From the human T2T-CHM13v2.0 reference genome, Homo sapiens: a DNA stretch of 64,000 nt. Both the position numbers and the translations under genes were made by a program. The notes beneath the pieces are model-generated. The model was not told where the DNA came from. It saw nothing but the letters and a program-made list of their open reading frames with translations, and did not search any database. The stretch lies in NCBI RefSeq assembly GCF_009914755.1, contig NC_060926.1. One strand, 5' to 3'. Shown one piece after another: positions 14,951-27,355 of this stretch (the stretch's first letter is position 1; each line of letters opens with the position of its first letter).

Positions 14951-15130
14951 TTTTAGATGCAGGGAGTACATGTGCTTGTTACATGGATATTACTTGTGTA
15001 ATAGCGGGGATTGGGTTTCTTGTGCACCCATCACCCAAATGTTGAACATTATACCCAATAGGTAATTTTTCAACTCTCATTCCCCTCCCACCATCCTCCC
15101 TTTTGGAGTTTCCAGTGTCTGTCATCTCCA
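14951..15130 (-). mobile_element. L1 3'-UTR fragment (L1PB-like)
   Basis: gtacatgtgcttgttacatgg...cacccatcacccaaa...tacccaataggtaatttttcaac...ttttggagtttccagtgtct. Confidence 0.85.
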
Positions 15131-15606
15131 GAAAATCAGATAACTTAAAAGGTTTCATGCACGTTAAATAGTTAATAGTTGTTTTATTACACCAAAGGAA
15201 AAATGAAAAACTGTTTTTCCCAAAACAGCATAAATGTTTATTTTCTGTATGTTTACTTTGCTGTCCCATTTCTATAATATAGAAAAGTATATTATTTGAA
15301 TAGCTAAATGTATTTATCATAAATATATTACTTTTATATAAATATAGTAAATATATCTTTTACTTTGGGATGTAAACAGAGCTAAAATATTATATTCTCA
15401 AAAGCCCCAAAATAGTCCTTAAAAATCATTGAATTAATGTGGTTATTTAATCTTGCTCAGCAATTTGATGCAAACGCCTAAATACAAAAAGTGGTTTAGT
15501 AGGTACTACAAAGGAAGGAAGAAGGAAGGAAAAGACTTAATACTCTAGAATGTTTCCTGAAAATCAGAAAACAAGTAGCATTCAATTGTAGCTAAACTAA
15601 CTAACT

Positions 15607-15608
<2 letters not shown>

Positions 15609-15644
<36 letters not shown>

Positions 15645-15690
15645 CTCTCCCTCCCTCCCTCCCTCTCTGTCACACACAAAAACACACACC
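15609..15690. repeat. (CT)n/(CCCT)n followed by (CA)n
   Basis: Direct reading; polypyrimidine tract of about 60 bp. Confidence 0.93.
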
Positions 15691-15734
15691 ACAACCCTGA
15701 TTAAATACCTGTTGGAAGAAAGGAAGGAAGCATA

Positions 15735-15920
15735 TGAGGCAGCATGGAAGAGAGAAAGAGAGTGACAACCTCAAGAGACATCATTGACTTGAGTTCTAGT
15801 CCTATGATGGATTTCAGAAAGTGGTCATAATCTCTTTAGGCCTCAGTTTCTCATATGTAAAATTTGAGGGTTTACTAGAAGATACATGTATTCTCTTCAA
15901 TTTAAACAGTCCCTGATTCA
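15735..15920 (+). mobile_element. MIR/MIR3
   Basis: gaggcagcatgg...gacttgagttctagtcct...ctctttaggcctcagtttctcatatgtaaaat. Confidence 0.7.
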
Positions 15921-16372
15921 TAGTGTGTTTCAGATTAGGGTAGTAGGAGGAAGATTCTGAGTTTCAGAATCTAAGAAAAATTAAATGATCTAAGTTACAT
16001 TCTAAAATCGATATGAGCTGCAATTCTGAGAACAACTTGGCCAGCTAGCCCGAATATTTTTGGCAATGCCAGCAACAGATTGGCTGGATGGCACTGCACA
16101 AGAGAATCTTTTTAACACAGTCTGCTCAATCTGGTCTATCCAATGTTCTGCTTGGGATAACTTTAAATTTGGGTTGACTTAGAACTTGTCCTTGGTATCT
16201 CACTGGCTGTTAAGAGGACAGTCCATGATAAATGTCTTCTTCATTAAAAGTCAATTCTTGCCAACTTTTTCATGCTACTTTTTTTCTACAATACCACATA
16301 TAATTTGAGACATACTGCCCACAAAACAGAACCTACAGAAGGTTGGAAACAATATTCTATTCTCTCTTTCAG

Positions 16373-16456
16373 AGACATGTAACATTAAACAGGGTTCAAA
16401 GGGAATGCATTAGAAGTTTACAGAGGAATTTGGATTACAAATGGTTCACAGGAACA
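16373..16456 (+). other. Candidate exon (84 nt)
   Basis: Acceptor tattctattctctctttcAG and donor aca|GTAAGT; no expression evidence available. Confidence 0.3.
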
Positions 16457-17836
16457 GTAAGTACTTTTTTTTGGCTTACCAGCTAGAAGTGGGACATAAG
16501 GTAAACAAGCTATGAGTAGATTTCTATAGAGGTAAAACACCTCATGTTACATATCACCACACCCCTGCTGTATAATACATACCATAAAGTATTATTACAA
16601 GATTTAAATATTTACATCAAGGTTTGCCAATGAAAAGAGCTTTGAGAACCATGTTAGCTTGTAGCTGCCAAAGACACAAGTAACAGCAGTAGTTGAAATC
16701 AGGCAGTAGTCTGGGGAAAATGGGGAATCCAAGAACAAAGCCATGTATGAATTTCTCCCTGTCTTCCATTTCAAAGTGCTCTTTGTAAAGAGAAATACCT
16801 AACAATGCTTGAGAACAGTTTATATTTATAATTGTAATAAAAAAGAAAATACTGAAGACTGTATTTTTAGGTGTCTTAGTTCAAAGGAGCAAAACACTTT
16901 GTCATCCTAATCAGAAAAGACATTTAAGATAACAACTGGAGAAAAGTAGCTTTAGAAATAAGTAGGAAACATGTCCTAAGATATTTTAATAATGTCAAGC
17001 AGCTATTTGCACAAAAATATGGAGCTGCTCCACATTTCACTACATCTTCCAGGGAGACGGTAGTAGATATGAGTAGGTAAACATCCCTAACCTGTCTAGT
17101 CACATCAGCATATTAGCCACAGAGAAACAAGATACATAAATTCTGGGACCACCTAAAGTGATTTGTTGATCAGCTCTGTGCATAATTACTGCTTTTGTTT
17201 AATTACTTTTAATTACCTGTTTTTCTTTTGTCCTTATGCCCTGAGGTGAGTTTTTCATCAGTAATGGGCATGATTTTATGAATATCACATGCAAACAAGC
17301 AAATTAGACCCACTGAACTTGGGAAACCATTTTTCCCCATCCCTTCTCTAAAGGTTAGCTGCTATTTTCTGAAAATGATATTGATTCTATGGTAACATGC
17401 ACAAAGGCACTAATCAGGAGAACAGGAGCTTTTGTGAATTCAGTAAAGCTTATAAAATACCTCATTATAACATGCTACCAATCTATGACCCCAATAATAG
17501 CAGTCCCAAAATTATAAATAAATTAGATGTTTAAATTGTTACCCTTTTTTATACTACATAGTGTAACACACATTATAATTTCCAGAAGAGCTCTTAAAGA
17601 AAAAAAATGTGGAGAATGAAAATTGAAAAGCAGCAGCTGCTTAGGGGTGCTTAACCTAGAGCTAGACGTCCAGGCAGATCGAAACTGCCTGCTGCTCCTC
17701 CTTCCCTTTTCCTATACTGCCTACAAATAATCGGTTTGATTTTTCATACCACGATTTTGATTAAGCACTGTGTCATTATTTCTGGGTAATAAACAGTTTT
17801 TATTATTTTCAGTTTAAAGCAATTATTGCCAAAAGG

Positions 17837-18154
17837 AATTTTTAATTTTAATATTAATTTATTTAGAGACAGGCTCTCACTCTGTTGTCCAGGCTGGCTG
17901 GAGTGCAGTGGTTCAATCAGACCTCACTGTAGCCTTGAACTCCTGGGCTCAAGCAATCCTCCTGCCTCAGCCTCCTGAGTAGCTAAGAATACAGGGCGGT
18001 GCCCCCACATCTGGCTAATTTAAAAAAAAAAATTTGTAGAGACACGGTCTTGCTGTGCTGCCCAGGCTGGTCTTGAACTCCTGACTTCAAGGAATTCTCC
18101 TGCCTCAGCCTCCCAAAGTTCTGGGATTACAGGGGTGAGCCACTGTGCCAGGCT
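17837..18154 (-). mobile_element. Alu (AluJ)
   Basis: J-type features: tgggctcaagcaatcctcc and gtcttgctgtgctgccc. Confidence 0.95.
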
Positions 18155-18248
18155 CAATTTTTGTTTTTAATGATAATAGCTAATTCTGATGAGAATCCTT
18201 GAAGCAAAACTCTCACACCTTGCTAGTGTTCCAGCATGTATAATCCCC

Positions 18249-18644
18249 TGTTATAGCCTGAATGTGTCCCCCAGAATATGTGTGTTGGATACTTAATCCC
18301 CAGTGTAACAGTGTTGGGAGATGGTGTCTAATGGGAGGTGTTTAGATAATGAGAGCTCTACCCTCAAAAATGGATTAACACTGCAATATAAAGAGCTTTG
18401 GGGAGAAGGGTTCTGCCCCTCTGCTCTTCTGCCTTATGAGGAAAAGGATTCCTTCCCTCTGGGGGATACAGCACTCGAGGCCCCATCCTAAAGCAGAGAC
18501 CAAACCCTTACCATCAGACACCAGATGCTGGAGCTTTGGTCTTGAACTTCCCAGCCTCTAGACCCATGAGGAAAATAATTCTATTCTTTATAAACTACCT
18601 GGTTTTAGGTATTCTGTTATAGCAGCAAAAATGGACTAGAGACA
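18249..18644 (+). mobile_element. MaLR solo LTR (MST family, MSTC/D-like)
   Basis: TG...CA termini; tgaatgtgtccccc...ttgaacttcccagcctctaga...ttctgttatagcagca...ggactagagaca; 5-bp TSD tcccc/tctcc. Confidence 0.9.
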
Positions 18645-18979
18645 TCTCCTTTTAAAAGTCTTGCATGCACTGATAATTGTTGATGTGGTAAATTGAATTA
18701 AATAAAAGAATCTAAAATGACTGTCTTAATTTTTTTAAAAACAGTTTTCCATTGACAGGTGTTCAAAACAGCATTATTTTTAACTTTTGGGTTTGTGTAG
18801 TAAATTAATTAGGGGTTTTCTTTTATATTTGTGTTTTCCAATTTTTCTTTAAGGAGGATTTAGTATTTATAATTACAATAATTTTTAGAAAAACATTCTC
18901 ATTTAACCATGAAAAGAGTTTTAAGGTATTCACAATAACGTATTAGAGCTCAGTAGCTTTAACACATTTCTTTCTACAG

Positions 18980-19064
18980 GTACATGACATAAGTGCATGA
19001 TGATATTTACTAAAGGATAGAAAGAGAAGTCTTAACTATCTTGAAAACATGAAACAATTTAATG
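18980..19064 (+). other. Candidate non-coding exon (85 nt)
   Basis: Acceptor catttctttctacAG and donor atg|GTGAGT; stops in all three frames. Confidence 0.3.
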
Positions 19065-20195
19065 GTGAGTTTAAAAAAAACCTATGTATTGCAATTAATT
19101 GACAAATAAAATATTGAGACATGGGCTTTAGGTTCCTCTGAGGCAAAAAAAAATACCCTGTTTATTAATTTTTTGTCCCCTTCTCCTTGCTGTTGTAGAA
19201 TATATGAACATGGTCTTATAATAGGTTCAGAACCATGGATAGCAGATCCATGCTTTTAGGTAGATGCGGCATTATCTTAAGAGACAAAGTATCTGCTGAT
19301 CTTCAGTCTGCTTTGTAGTGGCCTCGTTATGAGGGCAAATCAGTTACCTTCTCTGGGCTTCCTTTGCCTCACTGGTAAAGCAATTCATTGCCTTGCCTTT
19401 CCAATAGGGGAAAATTAGACTAAATAAATTTTGGCCATTTACAGCTGAGGACTAGGACTTTTTTTTAATCGTTCTGATACACAAATAAATATGCTCTGAC
19501 ATTATTCCACGGATGAGTTTTACTTTTTTTGTTTACTTGAATGAGAATAATGGATAAGAAAAACATTTTCAATAAGGTTAATTTATCAATATATCTACTT
19601 CCCTATTGTCTTCAGTCCATAGTTCTAGTAATGAGCGCACCACAAAATTGATAATTCCATCAGATTATCATGGAAAACGAGCATTGTTGTATGAACGTTT
19701 TTGTGACTACTGCAAAGGTCAGGAACAGGTCTGCTTTGAAAACTTCAGATAAAGATAGTTTTTAAAAAGTTCCTTAACACACAGTCCTAGGAGTACGCTA
19801 TTAATTTTTCAACTTAAAAAACTAAGGTTTCCATATCTTTTTTGGTAGCTTCAAGGGAAAGGAAAAAAAAAATGCCTTCACATTCCTAATTATTTTGAAA
19901 TATTTTTCATTGGTTACTACTTCTTAAAAATTCATTATCCTTTTTTTTTTTTTTTTACTTTTAGATTTTATCAAAACCATATAGCTATTTCCTCTCTGAT
20001 TGACAAATAAAGCCACTATCGGTTTGGCACAAAATCTAGAATATGGTAGACTCTCAATAAATGTTAGATCCTCTTTTTCTTCTCTCCTATTCTTTCCTAT
20101 TTCTATAAGGTACATTTCATAAGATTTTACATGTGGCATTCATCTTCTAGATCAAAAAATGTATCATTTAATGGAAAAGAATAAAGTTTAAAATC

Positions 20196-20501
20196 CTAGA
20201 TTAGTGTCTGCGGGTGTTGGTAAAGCTGAATGGCTCCCACGTTTTGGATAATCTCATTCAATTTTTCTTCCATATTTTTCCTTGAATTTGCCACTTTCTT
20301 TCTTTCAAAAGCCAAGGCTCTCAATATGTTTGGATTCTCTGTTAAGTTATGCTGTTTATTCAATGGAGGCATGAATTCAAATTTGTCCACATAAATTTGA
20401 CCTCCTAATGCTACACGTTGTTATTGGATTTCTGTTGTTTCTCTTTTAAGTGGCCCTGGTTGTCTTAAAACCTGCTCATTCCTTCTTCGAGCTGTCGCCA
20501 T
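20196..20501 (-). pseudogene. Candidate disrupted small ORF (101 codons, one internal TAA), product unknown
   Basis: GAGG-ATG-G start at 20501 is in frame with track ORF 20196..20390; single stop at codon 27 (20421-20423); possible acceptor tttccAG at 20514-20513. No homolog recognised. Confidence 0.3.
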
Positions 20502-21419
20502 CCTCTACAATGCTGGAAATTCACAATCATGAATATTATACAGGGAGATACAATAAAAATCTATGTCTTTATAATAGAGTCAACAGGTATAAAAAGAAAG
20601 TTATTTCAAATAAAAAGTTTAATATTCTACATTTCATAATTATTGGGAAGCTTTGAGAGTCGATCCCAGGAATGCTCTTATCACATTATTCATTGTGGAG
20701 AAAAAGTTCAGTAAAGTAAATATAGTAATTAGAGCTCATGCAAGACCATCAGATGGTAAAATATCTAAATTATCTCACTAGAAGGCTGTTTATAGCAAGG
20801 GAAACTAAAATATCATTCTAACAATGTATACATACCATAGAGAGAATGATATTGAGTCTAAACCTCCAATTAAGTATAGGCATTAAGGATGCACATCATT
20901 AGAAATATGCTGTGACTTTTGTTTCAGCCAATTATAGAAGGAAGTTAGAGCTAAGAATTTCTTGAAAGGTGATTTTAGATGTGAGTGAAGAGGAAAAGAC
21001 AGGAAATAAAGCTATCATTTATTTTTTGTCTTAGGACAACACTGAATATTTGTCAGAAGCATCTGCTCCTTAAATAACACAATTGAATAAAAATTGGCAT
21101 CTGAGGTTTGAAAGTTAATTTCAAAGGTTTATTATACCACAGGGTTCATATTTAGCAGCTGTCAATTTGTTATCGACAAGTGTAATAAAATTCAGCAAAA
21201 CTTGAAATCTTCCCTTGCCAAAGAGACAGCTGTTTCTGAATGTTGGAGATTTGGGGAGTTTTTTTTTAAACCAACCTCTATTTGAAAAAGACCTTACTTT
21301 TATTTATCAAAAAAGTCATTTGATGATAAAATATTGATATTCTTTAACTGTGTTTGTAAAAAAAATATATATTTTTAAATGTGGGATTTTGTTGTTCTTG
21401 CTGATTCAATATTTGTAGA

Positions 21420-21625
21420 CAGTGTTTCAACCTGGGTAATGTGGACCCTCCATGGGATATCTGGCAATATCTAAAAGTGTTTCTGTTTGTCACAACTAGA
21501 TACTATTGGCATCTAGTGTGCAAAGACCAGGGATGCTGCTAAACATTCAATAAAATGCAGGACAGCTCCCACAACAAAGGATTATTTGGCTCAACATGTA
21601 AATTGTAACAACCTTGAGAAAATTT
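21420..21625. mobile_element. MER20 hAT-Charlie MITE (opposite orientation to the 14188 copy)
   Basis: tggcaatatct...ttgtcacaact...tggcatctagtg...ccagggatgctgctaaacat...caggacagctcccacaacaaaggattatttggc. Confidence 0.88.
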
Positions 21626-22579
21626 GTTTTAAGGAAACTGATACAATGGATTTAGATTAAAGATTAGTTTGCATTTACAGACTTTCTAAACCATGGTTTT
21701 CACCTGGTGGGGAGCTGCAGGCAGGCACCGGTTGTGCTTTAAGTAAGTGTTATTTGAACAACAGAGTAAAACTCCTTAGCTCGAAATTATAGCAAGTACA
21801 TTCGCACTGATGTAATTAAGTTTGTGTCAGTTACACTGAATATATTTCTATGTACAACATTTTGTAACTGTGCTATAAAAATAAATCTGTAAAAAGTTCG
21901 ACAGGAAGTTTCTTTAGGTAGTAATTGTTTTCTACAGATGCATTAGCTAATATTCTACACAGACTCCATAATTCATATTAAACAAAAAACTTGAATATTG
22001 TTTTAGTCCTACCTTTTACCCCATTATTTTCTCAACTTGACAATACTAATAAGCAAATCTATATTTTCAAACAATATCTCTAGATCACACATTCCTTAAA
22101 TAATTATTTTAAGTATGCTACATAACCAAAACAGACATTTTCAGGGCCGAAATAAGGACCAGGGATCCACATTTTGTTGAATGTCTACTCAGTCATTGAG
22201 AAAAGTACTTTTTATTTAATATCAATTTACTTCAATAAAAATGTCACCTAACATGTAAAAATACTTAAAGAGAGAGTACTATTTAACCCATGAAAAATAA
22301 AAGAACAGAATGAGACAGCTGCAAAATCAAATGTATTTAGGTGTTTTAGCTAAAAGTATACATTATTCCAATAAAATTACCTTTTGCAAATAATATTACT
22401 AAGAAGAAATTTAAAGAAAACATACTCCACTATCATAATGGTGATTTTCATTTAAATTAGAAACACATTTCAAAATTCATGACCTTGGAAACTCTCATTT
22501 CATTTGAGCCTCCAGAGTAGTGTGCTGTCTCTCTCTGTCTCTCTGTCTCTCTCAATCTTTTAATTTAACAAATATTTAT

Positions 22580-22800
22580 ATAGCATTTACAATATACTTG
22601 ATAATTGTAGAAATATTTTACAAGTATTAACTCCTGATGACCCTATAATGTAGGCACACATATTATCGACATTTTGCTAACAGTGGAACCGAGTCATGCA
22701 GGGATTAAGTAATTGGCCAAGGTCCCATAGCTAGTAAGTGACAGAGGTAGGATTTGAATTAAGGAAGTCTGGTTCCAAAAGCCTTCCTCTTTAGCGCCAC
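22580..22800 (-). mobile_element. MIR
   Basis: ggattaagtaattggccaaggtcccatagctagtaagtgacagaggtaggatttgaa...agtctggttccaaaagcc. Confidence 0.85.
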
Positions 22801-23116
22801 GTAGGTGGCCTCCCCTCTTCATTACATAGTATTACACCTTTTATTTATCTCAAACTTGCCCAGGTAGTGTGACCTTGGAGGAGACATATGTGAAAGGTTT
22901 CAAGTCAAGTCAAAGCCTGTGGGAAAGTGATGGGGAGAATGAGAGAAACTGAATGATCTCACCAGCTAATCCATCCATGGAGATGCTTTGTTCAGAAATC
23001 TCTTAGAATTAGAAGTACAAACATAGTTAGATCTGAGTTGAATGCATCTGATCTATAACTTCCATTTGTTTATGGCACACATTTTATATCACTGACAATT
23101 TCTTTTTTCTCTACAA

Positions 23117-23200
23117 GGAGAGGCAGTATAGAATGGTGTTTAAGAGCACAAACTCAGGAGTTAAATCTCCTGGGTTCCGTTTCCAGATTTAACTTGCTAT
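23117..23200 (+). mobile_element. MIR 5' fragment
   Basis: gagaggcagtatagaatggtgtttaagagcacaaactcaggagt...ctgggttc. Confidence 0.7.
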
Positions 23201-23246
23201 TACCATATTTGTATTGTATCTCTTGAATGGTGAACAGAGAAAATAT

Positions 23247-23650
23247 GATGTAGTCAAGAAGTTCTCTCCTTCCTGAGCACACTGTCAGATTACACTTCCC
23301 CACTTCTTCCTAAGTGGGGCCATGTCATTAGTTTTCACCAATAATGTAAGAGTAGAAATAAATGCATGATACCTGAAGCCTCAGATGCATTGAGAGCCAG
23401 TGTACTTTGTCTTTGCTCTTGTTCCTGCCTTGTCTAGCATCTGGATGCAGAAGATCTGGATGCAGTGAAAGACTCAAAGGCCTAAATGATGGTGGAGTCA
23501 CAATATGGGAGGAGTCTGCATCCTTGAATCATCACAGGGATTAAAGCCTCCACCCTGATACTGAACTATATTTGACTGTACAATAAACATTTATAATAAC
23601 TCACTGAAATTTTGCATTATTTCTTACAACAACTAGCTTTTATTATACTA
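23247..23650 (+). mobile_element. MLT1 (I/J-like) MaLR LTR
   Basis: tggggccatgtcattagttt...ccaat...gatggtggagtcacaatatgggaggagtctgcatccttgaatcatcac...aataaacatttat...cactgaaattttg. Confidence 0.7.
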
Positions 23651-25332
23651 CTATGACTGCACATCATTCATGTGAGCAAAATGGTCACTCTTTTAAACTT
23701 CAAATTACCTTGGTTTAAAATAGTTTTACTCAGTGTGTGTTCCTCTTCAAAAGAGCTTTGATAAGCCTCATTACCTATAAATATTTTTCTGTATAGTTCC
23801 AAATGTTAAAATAACTTAGTAGAGATGCAGATATTTATAGCAGTTAAATACTGATTTATAAAACCACACAATACTAGTACAATTGATGGAAAAACTCATA
23901 AACTAAGTAAAATATATTGAAACTATCTGCCAGAAAACCTGCATTTTCCATGATTTGAATGGGCCACTTCAATGAACAGAACAAATAAAATGGCTCTTGT
24001 GGCCATAACTCTCACAAAGAAAATTATTTCTGATAACAATACCATCCTTTTCTGTAAATGTATACTACGCTCAACTAACAAGGGAATCTTTACTTTGCTA
24101 CATCATTACCAAATTGGTAAATAAATCTAAGTCTTCATGTCAACATTTCAAGAAGGGCTCCCTAAAGCTTGTAAATTGTCAAAGATATCAGATTTTAAAG
24201 GATATGAACCTCTTAAAAAGTACTTGGATGAAATGTTATGTTCAGAATCTCAAATATGAATTCATTGTGTTCTTGTCAGAAGTTACATCATCAGGGTCCT
24301 GAGCTGGTGCTGGTTCAGTCCCAAGGAAAAGAGGAAACTTGTGTATTACTCAGCCCTGGCAGATGAGTAGATTCTTCTATAACCTTTTCATCACCAAATG
24401 TCTCAACGAATTTAAAAACTAAAGATTATTTCTTGATTTGGCCAGGTTCCTTGTAATCTTGACAGTAAGAAGCTCAGAAAAATTTCCTTTGCTGTGCATC
24501 ATGTATGCTTTACTCAAAGGCCGAAAAGACATAGAATGCTTCTTCTGAACTTTCATTTAACCAGCGGAATTTGTGAGGGTATAATATTCATATATTTTAT
24601 TGAGGAGATATAAGCAATATCTCTTAACATGTAGTTTTTAATTGACTATTAAGATACACAATCTTTTAAAAATTTCAAAATGACTCAACCCAAATTATTT
24701 AGAATATGATTTATTTCAAAACATTTTTAAAATTCCTTCCTTCCACAATTGTTTATTTTGTCTATCCAGTTTTGTAATAAATGCTATATATATAAAGATG
24801 GTTCCTGGCATTAAACAACATCTGCAAAACAGTGAGCAAGAACAAGATATTTCTAGAGGTAAGTAAGGTCCACTAAAACAACATAAAATCATAGTTAATA
24901 ACATCATAAAGTCAATGGCTGATTCTATGTTTTAAAATCAGACAAACAAACCAATAAAGATCACACCTAAAACATGTGCAACTGTATAGCATAAAGGAGT
25001 TCAGAATGAGACTCAACCAAATTATTGCGATCATGAATATTACACATCCTGAGAAACAGGAACTGTCATAGCAGTCTTGACCACATGTTCACATACTCAA
25101 GTTGGATAAAAGGAAAAGTCCAAAATCTTGGCACACCAAGGTAAAAAGGTGGATATATATTTAATTAACATTTAAAACAAATTTTCCCATTTCTCCACAA
25201 AGAGCTCATTTTTTAAATCTTAAGGTTTAGTGAAGAAGAGATTTCAAGCCCACTGCAAAATGAATAACATTCTTTTATTATGCTGTTGATCTCCAAATAT
25301 GCAAACGCCTTTTTCTTTAAAAAAAATAGTGG

Positions 25333-27355
25333 TAGTTTGAAATCAGGTAGCATGATGCCTCCAGCTTTGTTCTTTTTGTTTAGGGTTGTCTTGGCTATAA
25401 GGAGCTCTTTTTTGGATCCATATAAAATTTAAAGCAGAGTTTTTTTCTAATTCTGTGAAGAAAGTCAATGGTAGCTTCATGGGGATGGCACTGAATCTAT
25501 ACATTACCTTGGGCAGTATGGCCATTTTCGCAATATTGATTCTTCTTATCCATGAGCATGGTTCCATTTGTGTCCTCTCTTATTTCCTTGAGCAGTGGTT
25601 TGTAGTTTTCCTTGAAGAGGTCCTTCACATCCCTTGTAAGTTGGATTCCTAGGTATTTTATTCTCTTTGTGGCAATTGTGAATGGGAGTTCACTCATGAT
25701 TTGGCACTTTGTTTGTCTATTGCTGGTGTATTAGAATGCTTGTGATTTTTGCACATTGATTTTGTATCCTGAGACTTTGCTGAAGTTGCTTATTAAGGAG
25801 ATTTTGAGCTGAGATGATGGGGTTTTCTAAATATACAAACATGTCATCTGCAAACAGAGAAAATTTGACTTCCTCTCTTCCTATTTGAATACCCTATGTT
25901 TCTTTCTCTTGCCTGACTGCCCTGGCCAGAAGTTCCAACACTATATTGAATAAGAGTACAAGGCTACAGTAACAAAACCAGCTTGATACTGATACCAAAA
26001 CAGATATATAGACCAATGGAACAGAATGGAGGCCTCAGAAATAACACCGCACATCTACAACCATTTGATCTTTGACAAACCTGACAAAAACAAGCAACGG
26101 GGAAAGGATTCCCTATTTAGTAAATGGTGTTGGGAAAACTGGCTAGCCATATGCAGAAAACTGAAACTGGATCCCTTCCTTATACCTTATACAAAAATTA
26201 AGTCAAGATGGATTAAAGACTGAAATGTAAGACCTAAAACCATAAAAACCCTACAAGAAAACCTAGGCAACACCATTCAGGACATAAGCATGGGCAAAAA
26301 CTTCATAACTAAAACACTAAAAGCAATGGCAACAAATGCCAAAATTGACAAATGGGATCTAATTAAACTAAACAGCTTCTGCATAGCAAAATAAACTATC
26401 ATTAGAGTGAATAGGTAACCTACAGAATGGGAGAAAATTTTTGCAAGCTATCCAGCTGACAAATAGCTAATATCCAGAATCTACAAGGAACTTAAACAAA
26501 TTTACAAGAAAAAAAAAACATCAAAAAGTGGATGAAGAATATGAACAGACACTTCTCAAAAGAAGGTATTTATGTGGCCAACAAACATATTTTAAAAAGC
26601 TCATCATCACTGGTCATTAGAAAAATGCAAATCAACACCACAATGAGATACCATCTCATGCCAGTCAGAACAGAGATCATTGAAAAGTCAGCAAACAACA
26701 GATGCTGGAGAGGATGTGGAGAAATAGGATCGCTCTTAAACTGTTTTTGGGAGTGTAAATTAGTTCAACCATTGTGGAAGACAGTGTGGCGATTCCTCAA
26801 GGATCTAGAGCCAGAAATATCATTTGACCCAGCAATCCCATTACTGGGTATATACCCAAAGGATTATAAATCATTCTACTATAAAGACACATGCACACGT
26901 ATGTTTATTGCAGCACTGTTCACAATAGCAAAGACTTGGAACCAACCCAAATGATCATCAATGATAGAGTGGATAAAGAAAATGTGGCACATATACACAA
27001 TGGAATACTATGAAGTCATAAAAAGAATTAGTTCATGTCCTTTCCAGGGACATGGATGGAGCTGGAAACCATCATTCTCAGGAAACTAACACAGGGACAG
27101 AAAACCAAACACTCCGTGTTCTCACTCATAAGTGGGAGTTGAACAATGAGAACACATGGACACAGGGAGGGGAATATCACACACCTGAGCCTGCTGGGGG
27201 TTGGGGGGTAGGGGAGGGATAGCATTAGGAAAAATACCTAATGTAGATGACAGGTTAATGGGTGCAGCAAACCACCATGGCACACGTATACTTATGTAAC
27301 AAACCTGCATGTTCTGCACATGTATCCAAGAACTTAAAGTATAATAATTAAAAAA
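25333..27355 (+). mobile_element. 5'-truncated, 5'-inverted L1PA (about L1PA5-8); inverted segment 25333-25957, sense segment 25957-27355
   Basis: Degenerate ORF2 peptides on both strands (minus: [27 protein letters not shown]; plus: [12 protein letters not shown]...[20 protein letters not shown]), L1PA 3' UTR and short A tail; TSD core AGTGGTA on both sides. Confidence 0.97.

Noticed and set aside
25343-26954. L1 ORF2-like ORFs on both strands
   Set aside because: Fragments of a truncated, inverted L1 with stops and frameshifts; non-functional.
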